NCBI GenBank assembly: GCA_017608705.1
Contig: JAFCFJ010000008.1
Location: 465 to 64,464, forward strand
Direction of reading: 5' to 3'
From: Candidatus Pacearchaeota archaeon
Lineage (GTDB): Archaea; Nanobdellota; Nanobdellia; Pacearchaeales; GW2011-AR1
DNA length: 64,000 nucleotides
Within the stretch, counting starts at the first letter, position 1. Every line of letters begins with the position of its first letter. The notes beneath the pieces are model-generated. The model was not told where the DNA came from. It saw only the letters and a list, made by a program, of their open reading frames with translations, and searched no databases. Below, piece by piece: positions 26,744 through 35,261 of the stretch. Position numbers and translations under genes: made by a program.

Positions 26744-28065
26744 ATCTAGCCAAGGTTTCAGCTGTGGAGAAGCTGAAATTATTGCAGGCAGGAGAGCTAA
26801 CTGCGGAAGAGAACATAGAGTTTTTTCTTCAGCAAATTAATCCTAATGCGCTGGAGCAAGCCAAAGCAATAGACAGAAAGCTGAGAGAAGGCAAGGCAGG
26901 AAAACTGGCAGGCTTGGCTATTGCTGTAAAGGCAAATATAAACGTTAGAGGGCTTAACGCTAACTGCGCGAGCTTGACGCTCAAGGACTATATTAGCCCG
27001 TATGATGCGAGTGTTATAGAGGCCATAAGACGTGAAGATGGCATAGTGATTGGCATCACAAACATGGATGAATTTGCCTGCGGGTCAAGTGGCGAGACCT
27101 CTGCTTTCGGCCCAACAAAGAATCCGCACCGGCATGAGCTTATTCCTGGTGGCTCGTCAAGTGGTTCTGCTGTCGCTGTCGCTGCTTGTCTCAGTGATTT
27201 GGCCTTAGGAAGTGATACGGGCGGAAGCATAAGGAATCCTGCAAGCCATTGCGGTGTTGTTGGTGTAAAACCAAGCTACGGCATGGTATCGCGTTACGGC
27301 CTTATAGATCTGAGTATGAGTCTTGACCAAATCGGGCCTATTGCAAGACACGTAGATGACGCAAGACTCTTGTTTGATGTCATCGCTGGCAAGGACGAGA
27401 GAGATGCCACGACCTTGCACGATAAGCATGATGAAGCCAGGAAAGCAAGGCTAGCCAAGAGGCCGAAGATAGCCTTGCCTGTTGTTCAGGCTGATGAAAA
27501 AATAATAACGGCTGTGCAAGAGAATGTGTATAGAATCGCACAAGAAGTTGAGGCTGAGATTAGCGAAATAAAGATTGACCATATAGATCTTGCTGTCCAA
27601 ACATATTATCCATTGGTCTATGTAGAATTTTTTTCAGCCACACGTCGTTTTGATGGCAGACGTTACGGCGAGCGTATAGAGGAGGTGGCTGGACCTGAAG
27701 TTTTACGTAGAATTCTTGGTGGTAGCGAGATAAGTAAGGCAGAGTATGCTGGCCGTTACTATAGGCGCGCGCTTGCTGCACGTGCTTTGATAAGGCAAGA
27801 GCTTGATAAAATCTTTGAGAAATTTGATTTCATCATAATGCCTACTGTACCGCGATTGCCACACAAGATTGGTCAGGCGCTTAGCGTTGAGGAAATGTAT
27901 GCATACGATTCGCTTACCGTTCTCGCCAATCTGGCAGAATTGCCTGCAATAAGCATTCCTGTAGCGAAAATCAATGGTATTCCAGTTGGAATGCAAATTC
28001 TTGCAAGCCGGTATGGTGATGGCAGGCTCTTTGCATTTGCGAAAAGGTGCGAAGAAATCCTGTAG
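26737..28065 (+). CDS. gatA: Glu/Asp-tRNA amidotransferase subunit A (amidase signature family)
   Basis: 442 aa. Amidase signature GGSSSGSAVAVAA...GSDTGGSIRNPAS, with Ser-cisSer-Lys triad context. Confidence 0.9.
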   Translation: MVNLAKVSAVEKLKLLQAGELTAEENIEFFLQQINPNALEQAKAIDRKLREGKAGKLAGLAIAVKANINVRGLNANCASLTLKDYISPYDASVIEAIRREDGIVIGITNMDEFACGSSGETSAFGPTKNPHRHELIPGGSSSGSAVAVAACLSDLALGSDTGGSIRNPASHCGVVGVKPSYGMVSRYGLIDLSMSLDQIGPIARHVDDARLLFDVIAGKDERDATTLHDKHDEARKARLAKRPKIALPVVQADEKIITAVQENVYRIAQEVEAEISEIKIDHIDLAVQTYYPLVYVEFFSATRRFDGRRYGERIEEVAGPEVLRRILGGSEISKAEYAGRYYRRALAARALIRQELDKIFEKFDFIIMPTVPRLPHKIGQALSVEEMYAYDSLTVLANLAELPAISIPVAKINGIPVGMQILASRYGDGRLFAFAKRCEEIL

Positions 28066-28105
28066 AAAGACAGGAAAAAATCTTGATGATTAAATTTTTA
28101 AACTC

Positions 28106-28792
28106 ATGCCACAAATTTTGATTATGGAAATAAACGGCGTAACAATAGAGTGGCTTGGGCATGCTTCTTTTAGGATTACTAACCAGGATGTCGTGATTTA
28201 TATAGACCCTTATGAAATAGATAGTGAGGAACCAAAAGCGGATATAATCCTAATTACACACAGTCATTATGACCACTGTAGCTCACAAGACGTAGAGAAA
28301 ATAGCCAAGGATGGTACTATAGTACTTTTACCTGCTGATGCGCAAAGCAAGCTCTCGAGGATTAGCAAAGAGCTTAGGCTTGAGCTCGCACGGCCAGGTT
28401 TTACTCGTGATATTGGTGGTGTGACAGTTGTAGCTGTTCCTGCTTACAACACAGATAAGGATTTTCATCCACGAGACGAGGAGTGGCTCGGCTATATAGT
28501 CAAGCTTGGTAATGTCGCAGTATATCATGCTGGCGACACGGATGTTATTGATGAGATGCAAAATATTTCCTCATTGGCTAAGGCAGAGAAACTTATTGCT
28601 TTACTACCTGTTGGAGGAACTTACACCATGAACGCTGATGAAGCAGCAAGGGCAGCAAGTATTATCAAGCCAACAATTGCGGTACCCATGCACTACGGGA
28701 GTATTGTAGGCACGCGAGACGATGCAGAACGTTTTAGGCAACTGTGTGAGGAGCAAGGAATCCAGGCTGTGGTGATGGAGCCCCCTCGTTAG
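28106..28792 (+). CDS. Metal-dependent hydrolase, MBL fold (UPF0173-like)
   Basis: ITHSHYDH, YHAGDTD, and VPMHYG motifs. 228 aa. Confidence 0.75.
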   Translation: MPQILIMEINGVTIEWLGHASFRITNQDVVIYIDPYEIDSEEPKADIILITHSHYDHCSSQDVEKIAKDGTIVLLPADAQSKLSRISKELRLELARPGFTRDIGGVTVVAVPAYNTDKDFHPRDEEWLGYIVKLGNVAVYHAGDTDVIDEMQNISSLAKAEKLIALLPVGGTYTMNADEAARAASIIKPTIAVPMHYGSIVGTRDDAERFRQLCEEQGIQAVVMEPPR

Positions 28793-28838
28793 TAGCGAGC
28801 ATAAAAAAGATTAAAAGTATTGTATCTGTTTCTTTATT

Positions 28839-29435
28839 ATGGCAAATGGCTCGGACGTGATAATGAAAAGATTCCAGCATAGGAAACAACATGTGTTGCA
28901 AAGAATGGACAAGAGTAGTAAAGGAGACATAGACAGGGATATTGTAGGGTTGTGCAATAAAATCAATGCTATGGATGATTACTTTACCACCAGCTCTTGC
29001 TCTGGCCGTATTTTGCTCTTGAAAGCAAGCGAAAAAAAGGAGCCTGGCTTATTCTTGGCAGTATGGCACAAAAATGTGGATGTTGGTTCCTTCAAGAAGT
29101 CTCTAGCTAGAGTTCTCGCTAGGGAAAAAGCAGTTGTGTATTTCAAGCTCGATCCATGTATTTTGCATGTTGCTTGCAAGAACCTTGATAGCGCGGTGAG
29201 ATTGCTTGACAAAGCCAAGCTTGCTGGCTGGAAGAAAAGCGGGATTATGGCTAATTCTGACAAGGGTGTAATGCTCGAGCTCATGTCTACAGAAAGATTG
29301 GAATTGCCAATAGCTAGAGATGGCAAGCTGCTTGTCAGCGATGCATATTTAGACTTGTTGCTCGAAGAAGCTAACAAAAAATTGAGAAGGACAAAGGAAA
29401 AGATTAAAAAGCTAGAAAATATGCTGAATATGTAA
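28839..29435 (+). CDS. taw3: tRNA wybutosine-synthesizing protein 3 homolog (TYW3/Taw3 family)
   Basis: DIDRDIVGLCNKINAMDDYFTTSSCSGRILL, where YFTTSSCSGRI is the TYW3 hallmark. 198 aa. Confidence 0.75.
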   Translation: MANGSDVIMKRFQHRKQHVLQRMDKSSKGDIDRDIVGLCNKINAMDDYFTTSSCSGRILLLKASEKKEPGLFLAVWHKNVDVGSFKKSLARVLAREKAVVYFKLDPCILHVACKNLDSAVRLLDKAKLAGWKKSGIMANSDKGVMLELMSTERLELPIARDGKLLVSDAYLDLLLEEANKKLRRTKEKIKKLENMLNM

Positions 29436-29450
29436 TTTTATAGTGGTAAA

Positions 29451-29789
29451 ATGGAGATCGGCAAGAATTATGAGGCTATGCTGGGTGCGCTTGAGAAAAT
29501 GATACGTAACGCTATAGGAAAAAGGCAAGATATGCCTTACCATTACAAGACGCTTCCTGGTGTTTATAGTATAGTTCTTGGTATTTCACAGGAAAAAGCT
29601 CTATGTTATAAATGCAGAAAGCCAATTTCTGGCGAACTTACCGAGCAAGGCCTTGGTCTGAGGCTTGTTATGCGCTACTCGGTGGATGGCAAGCCAGCTG
29701 CCCAGATGTTTTGGTTTCATGCTCATCATTATCTCGATGTTTCTTCAGTGCTTGAAACTCTCGAGAATAGCAAGAACTTTAGGCGTTAA
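29451..29789 (+). CDS. Hypothetical protein (112 aa)
   Basis: Clean ORF with no motif. Confidence 0.35.
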   Translation: MEIGKNYEAMLGALEKMIRNAIGKRQDMPYHYKTLPGVYSIVLGISQEKALCYKCRKPISGELTEQGLGLRLVMRYSVDGKPAAQMFWFHAHHYLDVSSVLETLENSKNFRR

Positions 29790-30038
29790 CAGCGTTAACT
29801 TTATTATGATATTGTGGAATTCTGGCCAAAATTAAATATAAAAAATATATTCTGGCTTAGCAAAAAATTTATAAAGAATTAGAACTTGCTTTTCTTATCA
29901 TATTAACTTGAATTCAATCTGGGGGGATTGGATTCAAGGCCTTTGGGGGATTTATCGAGGCAAGCTGTTCCGGACAGCTTGAAAGTTTGGCCTTATCGGA
30001 GGGTATGTTTCTTAGCTTGAAAATTATAGGCGAGAGAG

Positions 30039-30048
30039 CTTTATAAAT
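30039..30048 (+). promoter_or_regulatory. TATA box (CTTTATAAAT) of the ftsZ promoter, embedded in a GAGAGC/GCTCTC inverted repeat. An AGGAGG RBS lies at ~30073.
   Basis: TTTATAAA lies ~50 nt upstream of the ftsZ ATG. A purine-rich BRE-like stretch sits upstream, and the Shine-Dalgarno AGGAGGT is 14 nt before the ATG. Confidence 0.4.
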
Positions 30049-30093
30049 CTTTCGCTCTCTTGCCTATAAGAAAAGGAGGTAGAAAATAGAAAA

Positions 30094-31086
30094 ATGGTGC
30101 TTGATATTGCAAAAGAGGCCATAGAAAATGCAGAAAATTATAGCATAAATTTTGACGAGCTTAAGGCTGGCAAAGCCAACATCAAGGTTTTTGGTGTTGG
30201 TGGTGCGGGATGTAATGCAGTGACGTGGCTTTTCAACAAAGGCATCAATGGCGCAACAGTGTATGGTGTAAATACAGATGCGTTGCATCTTAGCATAACA
30301 AAGGCTGACGAGAAGATACTGATTGGCAGAGAACTTACGAGAGGTCTAGGTTGCGGTGGCTATCCTCAAAAAGGCAGAGAGGCTGCGAAGGAATCTATTC
30401 AAGAGATAAAGAAGTGTGTGAGCGGTGCTGATATGGTGTTTGTTGTTGCAGGAATGGGTGGCGGAACGAAAGCAAGGATCGATAAGGCAGAATTTGGTTT
30501 GCAAGAGCTTCGTGAAGTTACAGACACAGTAATAGTAATAGACAACAACAGGCTTGTGGATATAGCTGGCAACTTGCCGATAGAGCAAGCTTTCGCGGTG
30601 GCGAATGAATTGATCAGTACAATGATTAAGGGTATTGTAGAGACAATAACCTTGCCGAGCTTGATTAACCTTGACTATGCAGATGTGCAAGCGATTATGA
30701 AGAGGGGCGACGTTGCTGTAATAGGTATTGGCGAAAGTGATACACAAAATAGAGTAGAGGAGGCTGTTAGGCAGGCATTGACACATCCATTGCTTGATGT
30801 GGACTACCGTGGCGCTACAGGCGCGTTGATCCATGTGACATGTGGTCCTGACCTACGCTTGGAAGAGTTTGACGGTATCGGCAAGCTAGTGACAGAGAAC
30901 ATCTCGCCAGACGCGCAGGTGATTATTGGTGCAAGAATCAACAAGGAATTTGAGGGTAAAGTTAGGGTTATAACTATTATGACCGGTGTTAAAAGTCCAT
31001 ACATCTTAGGCAAGCCGGGGGAGCCAGAGGCAAGTGGCGTGACAACGAGTGAGATCTCGGATTTGGGTATAGAGGTGTTGAAATAA
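30094..31086 (+). CDS. ftsZ: Cell division GTPase FtsZ homolog carrying an in-frame ~31-aa deletion after GGGT (T4 loop, S5 and H5 missing)
   Basis: IKVFGVGGAGCNAV, TKADEKILIGRELTRGLGCGG, and DMVFVVAGMGGGT, then directly KARIDKAEFG, where canonical FtsZ has GGGTGTGAAPV(V/I)AE...VVTKPFxFEG. The rest (NLDYADV T7 loop, and a C-terminal domain ending VRVITIMTGV) is well conserved. From memory, it is close to methanogen FtsZ1. Confidence 0.8.
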   Translation: MVLDIAKEAIENAENYSINFDELKAGKANIKVFGVGGAGCNAVTWLFNKGINGATVYGVNTDALHLSITKADEKILIGRELTRGLGCGGYPQKGREAAKESIQEIKKCVSGADMVFVVAGMGGGTKARIDKAEFGLQELREVTDTVIVIDNNRLVDIAGNLPIEQAFAVANELISTMIKGIVETITLPSLINLDYADVQAIMKRGDVAVIGIGESDTQNRVEEAVRQALTHPLLDVDYRGATGALIHVTCGPDLRLEEFDGIGKLVTENISPDAQVIIGARINKEFEGKVRVITIMTGVKSPYILGKPGEPEASGVTTSEISDLGIEVLK

Positions 31087-31173
31087 ACTGAGTAAGCAGA
31101 TGGCCTCAATGCAACCAGCAGTATTCATGAGAAAAAGAGAGTCATGATTGCTTTCCCTTAGTCTTTGATTTCT

Positions 31174-31196
31174 GCCCCGCTTCGCGGGGCTTTTTT
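31174..31196 (+). terminator. Stem-loop GCCCCGC-TTC-GCGGGGC followed by a T6 run, downstream of ftsZ
   Basis: A perfect 7-bp GC-rich hairpin immediately followed by TTTTTT. Archaeal termination at oligo-T after a structure. Confidence 0.5.
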
Positions 31197-31277
31197 ATTT
31201 TTAATTTTTGATAGGGTCTAGGAGCTGAATTCTGGGACTTACGTTAGGAAGAAAATTTTCATAGATGGCAGGTTTTG

Positions 31278-31835
31278 CTACGGAACCTCAACACTTGGTG
31301 GGTTTTTCATGCGTTTGTTTCCCCATTCCTCAAAGTAAAGGATATTATCGAGCTCTGGTTTGCTCCTTTGCTTTCCTTTGCCAAACTCTTTACCTACAGG
31401 AAATAAAGCTTCTACCACGATATCATCAGGAATATGCAGTATGCGTTTTACAGCCATATCATCGAATGCGCCTATCCAGCATGTCGCTAGGCCAAGATCA
31501 ACAAGCTTGAGCCAGAAATTTTCGATTGCTGCTCCGATTTGTTGTCTGCTATACATTAGTCCGCGCTCGCCATACACACGCTTTACTTGTTCATTGCTTG
31601 AGCAAAATACAACAACATACGGCGCCTGAGCAATAAAATCCTGGCCCGCTGCCTCAGCAAGCTTTGCGATTTTTTCTGCATCATGAACAAGGATCACGCG
31701 TAACGTGCATATGTTGCCTGCGAATGGCGCGACTCTTGCCGCGTCAATAGCTTCAAGCAACAAACGCCAATCCACACGCTCGCTTGTAAAATGCCTCACG
31801 CTGTGTCTTGTTTCTATCGCTTTGTCAAGTTCCAT
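31278..31835 (-). CDS. Nitroreductase-family protein
   Basis: 185 aa. RHSVRHF N-terminal FMN-binding motif and typical nitroreductase fold blocks. Confidence 0.8.
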   Translation of the reverse strand: MELDKAIETRHSVRHFTSERVDWRLLLEAIDAARVAPFAGNICTLRVILVHDAEKIAKLAEAAGQDFIAQAPYVVVFCSSNEQVKRVYGERGLMYSRQQIGAAIENFWLKLVDLGLATCWIGAFDDMAVKRILHIPDDIVVEALFPVGKEFGKGKQRSKPELDNILYFEEWGNKRMKNPPSVEVP

Positions 31836-31884
31836 GCTAGAGCAAGATAGTTATGGTATAAAAATTTATCTTAACTAACAGGCT

Positions 31885-32271
31885 CTAGCGAAACCTCCTT
31901 GGAATACGCAAACTAAAAAGCCCGGCTATGAAATCTGCGATGCCGTCATGCCTATAACTTTTTTCAGCCACGCGCTCACAAAAATCTTCATCACTTGTGT
32001 CATAAATAATATGGGCAAGCTCGTGCAATATCGTTTTGTAGAACTCTTCTTTATTTTCTATGTTGTAATAAAATATCTTAATTTTCGGTGGCCAGCCAGG
32101 ATCGATTTCCCCCTTTACGTATCTTTTTCCTATATAGCAAAGAGGGTTTCTTACGAGTAGTATTTCGAGACCATCATTGAACAATTCTATTATCCTTTGC
32201 TCTTTTATTATTTCGCTTTTTTCTTTGATAATTGATTTTTCATTCGTTTTATATTCCCACGATATCCTCAT
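31885..32271 (-). CDS. Putative HExxH zinc metallopeptidase (SprT/WLM-like small protein)
   Basis: ILHELAHIIYD contains HELAH. 128 aa. Confidence 0.45.
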   Translation of the reverse strand: MRISWEYKTNEKSIIKEKSEIIKEQRIIELFNDGLEILLVRNPLCYIGKRYVKGEIDPGWPPKIKIFYYNIENKEEFYKTILHELAHIIYDTSDEDFCERVAEKSYRHDGIADFIAGLFSLRIPRRFR

Positions 32272-32381
32272 TATTTTTTGCTTCTTCTATTATCTTAAAA
32301 ATTTTATTATGGTTTTTTATCGAGAAATAGTAGCGAAATTCTTTGGAAATCTTACCAGCTTAATGAGGGTAAAAAGAAGAG

Positions 32382-32454
32382 CGTCCCGGGGAGGACTCGA
32401 ACCTCCGACCTTCTGGTTAACAGCCAGACGCTCTACCTGCTGAGCTACCGGGAC
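32382..32454 (-). tRNA. tRNA-Asn (anticodon GTT)
   Basis: Reverse complement GTCCCGGTAGCTCAGCAGGTAGAGCGTCTGGCTGTTAACCAGAAGGTCGGAGGTTCGAGTCCTCCCCGGGACG. Anticodon loop CTGTTAA. Discriminator G. TATA-like TTTATATA ~25 nt upstream on the minus strand. Confidence 0.85.
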
Positions 32455-32522
32455 ACAACCTAACCTTTGACGCAAGGAATATATAAAGTTTTTGCAGATG
32501 AAGTTCATATAAAATTTAGTTT

Positions 32523-33029
32523 TTATCGTTTCAGACCTAAGTCATAATCTCGTTTCCTCCTTGCTCTTGCCTGCTCCAGGCCATAGAAAACAGTCGAAAA
32601 TTTGCTTCCTTGGTCTATTGCCGTTACAGCTTGCACAGCCGCTTTTACATTCTCTGCTGGCCCTATTATACCTACAGTGTTATCCTTTATTACGATATAG
32701 CAGTCGCTTAGTTCTTCTATAATTCGCCTAACACGGCCATATGTTCCTATCAACCTGCCACGAATTTCTGCTGCTCTCTTGTGGCTTTTTCTCTTTTTTA
32801 GCCATACTTTTTCCAGCACATAGTCTTCTTGGGCAAGAAGCAAGGCATGCTTTAACTTGAAACCCAGCTCGAGAGCTTCGATAATCTGGCTCGCAATGTA
32901 TTCATTTTCAGCATTTCCACTTATCACAACAACATCGTCTTGACACAGAATCTTTACATTGGCAGCCTTTTCGATCTTGGCACGATTTTTTGCAATCCTT
33001 CCCACAATTTCTGTCCTTATGATCTTCAT
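32523..33029 (-). CDS. KH-domain RNA-binding protein (aDim2/Pno1-like, two KH domains)
   Basis: GxxG loops in IIGPAENVKAAVQ and a second KH-like block. Start taken at MKIIRTEIVG to avoid overlap with the aIF1A stop. Confidence 0.7.
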   Translation of the reverse strand: MKIIRTEIVGRIAKNRAKIEKAANVKILCQDDVVVISGNAENEYIASQIIEALELGFKLKHALLLAQEDYVLEKVWLKKRKSHKRAAEIRGRLIGTYGRVRRIIEELSDCYIVIKDNTVGIIGPAENVKAAVQAVTAIDQGSKFSTVFYGLEQARARRKRDYDLGLKR

Positions 33030-33030
33030 T

Positions 33031-33336
33031 TCAGAATTCTTCGATCTCGTCAAGATAACCTTTTCTTTTTAGCCATTCTACGGCTGTTGGGCTATACTTA
33101 TACAGTATGTCCCCTTTTTCATCATCAAATTCCCATGGTTCAACTATAACAACATCACCCTCCCGTAGCCATAGCTTGCGTCGTAATCTGCCTGGGACCC
33201 TGCAGTTTCGTGTCTTGCCGTCAAGACACCTTACAAGCATTCTTAAGCCACCGACTCGTTGTTCTATTATGCCAATTATTTCCCTGCCTTGCGGTAGCCT
33301 CACGCGCCCAATTTCCTCGCTGTTTGTTTCTTCCAT
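33031..33336 (-). CDS. eif1a: Translation initiation factor 1A (aIF-1A)
   Basis: 101 aa. S1-like OB with [21 protein letters not shown]...[31 protein letters not shown]. Confidence 0.9.
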   Translation of the reverse strand: MEETNSEEIGRVRLPQGREIIGIIEQRVGGLRMLVRCLDGKTRNCRVPGRLRRKLWLREGDVVIVEPWEFDDEKGDILYKYSPTAVEWLKRKGYLDEIEEF

Positions 33337-33397
33337 TTTATACTTCTTTTCTTTATGAATTTATAAATCTTACACAAATTCAAGAATAATTGGGGAG

Positions 33398-33904
33398 CTA
33401 TTCAAGCTCTTCAAATCCACGGCCCGTAGCAAACAGAATCTTGCCCTTACCCTGATATGCAGCTAATACCTTGGCAATGAAGAGTGTGTGATCACCAGCA
33501 TCAACAGCTTTTTGTTTTTCACATTCAAAATTATAAGCTGCATCAGCCAGTAGAGGCAAGCCAGTAATATTGCCCTCTACAATCTCGAGGTTGAGCTCAG
33601 CAAATTTATCCACGTTACGTCCAGAGCAAGAGCCAGCAACTCTTACAGCATGCTCCAATTTTTTACTTGGCACAGCAATAACAAAATATTTGCTATTTTT
33701 CAAAAGCTCATGGGTGTAGCGTGTTTTGCCTATACTCACCATAACAAGCGGTGGCTCAAAAGAAACACGCGTGAACCAGCATGCAGGCATTAGATTGTGC
33801 CTACCATGTTTCTTATCTTGGGTGATAATCAAGGTTACACGTTCTGGTTTCAAACTGCGTAATGCAACATCTACGCTTAGCTCTTGCATTTTACAACAAG
33901 ACAA
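33398..33904 (-). CDS. Flavin reductase-like FMN-binding split-barrel protein
   Basis: 168 aa. Pattern typical of the flavin reductase / DIM6 family (LMPACWFTRVSFEPPLVMVSIG). Confidence 0.65.
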   Translation of the reverse strand: MSCCKMQELSVDVALRSLKPERVTLIITQDKKHGRHNLMPACWFTRVSFEPPLVMVSIGKTRYTHELLKNSKYFVIAVPSKKLEHAVRVAGSCSGRNVDKFAELNLEIVEGNITGLPLLADAAYNFECEKQKAVDAGDHTLFIAKVLAAYQGKGKILFATGRGFEELE

Positions 33905-34187
33905 GCGCTACAGGAACATTAGCAACATATTTTATTCCTTCCTCATTGATTATTCCAGCTTTCAGCGCAACCTCACAAGCTTGCTTACCAACAATATTAA
34001 ACGTCGCGTCTTCGAGCGCGTAGTGTTGTATTATTTCGAGCACTTCTTCCTTACTCTTGTCTTCTCCATCAAAAAATGTTCCAATCTCGAGTTTCATGTT
34101 TTCATTTTCAAATTTTTTGCCTATGAGAGAAGCGTCACATATAGCTACGACATAGCGGTAGGCTTGATGTATTTTTACTTTCAACAT
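33891..34187 (-). CDS. Hypothetical conserved archaeal protein
   Basis: Start taken at MLKVKIHQ. Ends adjacent to the aIF2-beta stop. No motif recognised. Confidence 0.4.
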   Translation of the reverse strand: MLKVKIHQAYRYVVAICDASLIGKKFENENMKLEIGTFFDGEDKSKEEVLEIIQHYALEDATFNIVGKQACEVALKAGIINEEGIKYVANVPVALVLL

Positions 34188-34188
34188 T

Positions 34189-34599
34189 TTATATTTTGCC
34201 TTTTGCGGGTTCTTTTGCTCCGCATGCAAGACAATGCAAGAACAAAATCCGGTCTTGTTTTATCAACTCCGTATCTGGTTTACCGCACATAGGACATATA
34301 ACATAATTCTTTACGTATGATTCTATTTTCTGATTGATTCTTCCTGCAGGAATCTTTCTGTTGAGCACAAGCCTCTCGTTGTCTACTTGTGCAGGCGCTG
34401 CTAATTCTTTCATCAAGAATTTTGCCAAATGTTGCGGCTCCCGTCTGAGTTTCGAGGCTATCGCAAGAAAATTTGTTATTATTGTTCTGTTTCCTGCCAC
34501 CGCAATACTTGCTTTCGGTACTTCAAAACGTTCGCTACTTTTCTCTACTACCTTCACCTTTCTGTAAGCTTCCTCAAGCAGTTCTTCATAATCTTCCAT
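34189..34599 (-). CDS. eif2b: Translation initiation factor 2 beta subunit (aIF-2 beta)
   Basis: 136 aa. C-terminal C4 zinc finger VICPMCGKPDT...LHCLACGA, and a central helix-turn-helix core typical of aIF2-beta. Confidence 0.9.
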   Translation of the reverse strand: MEDYEELLEEAYRKVKVVEKSSERFEVPKASIAVAGNRTIITNFLAIASKLRREPQHLAKFLMKELAAPAQVDNERLVLNRKIPAGRINQKIESYVKNYVICPMCGKPDTELIKQDRILFLHCLACGAKEPAKGKI

Positions 34600-34640
34600 G
34601 GCTATCTTATGTCAGAGAGGTTTAAAAATATTCACCAAAT

Positions 34641-35255
34641 CTAACCCAAATATCTAACGCGGCCAGGTCTTGGCTCAAAGATTATTCCTTCCTCGAGTAA
34701 CTTGGTGATTTCCTCATTTATGAGTTCTGGCGGTGCATCTGTTTCGAGGATCAGCTTTTCCGTCTCGATCCCCTCTGGCTCTGCTGCTTTTATTTTCTCA
34801 AGCAGTACATCACGTAAAGCTTTTTTTTCTTCTTTTGTTGTTTCTCTTGTCATGTGATGGTTTGCTTCTAATTCTAGCTTGCGCACAAGTAAGTAACGAG
34901 GATCAACTTTCTTTATTATTTCTGGCAATATGTAAAGTTCGTTGTTGAAAAATCTTAGCATCCCAATCACCTTTACGGTGTCGCCCTCAACAATGTTACG
35001 TAGTTTTTCTATGTCATCACCAAAAGCTCTCACACGGATTTGTCCTGATGCATCATCGAGCGTGAGACTTGCAAATTTTCTCTCGTTTTCTTCCATAAAA
35101 AATCTCTCAACTACATTAGCTATCACGTTTACCCTTGCTATTTGTCTATTTCCAAGCTCAAGAAAATTGAACCGCTCGCCGTCAGTTACAGGCTTACCGC
35201 TGAGTAGATGTTCTATTCTCAGCTTATACGCAATAAATCTTTTCGGCTTTTCCAT
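34641..35255 (-). CDS. RPA32-like ssDNA-binding protein (OB fold plus C-terminal winged helix), adjacent to MCM
   Basis: OB fold ARVNVIANVVERF...ASLTLDDASGQIRVRAFGD...GDTVKVIG. C-terminal wH EEITKLLEEGIIFEPRPGRVRYL. Confidence 0.55.
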   Translation of the reverse strand: MEKPKRFIAYKLRIEHLLSGKPVTDGERFNFLELGNRQIARVNVIANVVERFFMEENERKFASLTLDDASGQIRVRAFGDDIEKLRNIVEGDTVKVIGMLRFFNNELYILPEIIKKVDPRYLLVRKLELEANHHMTRETTKEEKKALRDVLLEKIKAAEPEGIETEKLILETDAPPELINEEITKLLEEGIIFEPRPGRVRYLG

Positions 35256-35261
35256 CTTGGC

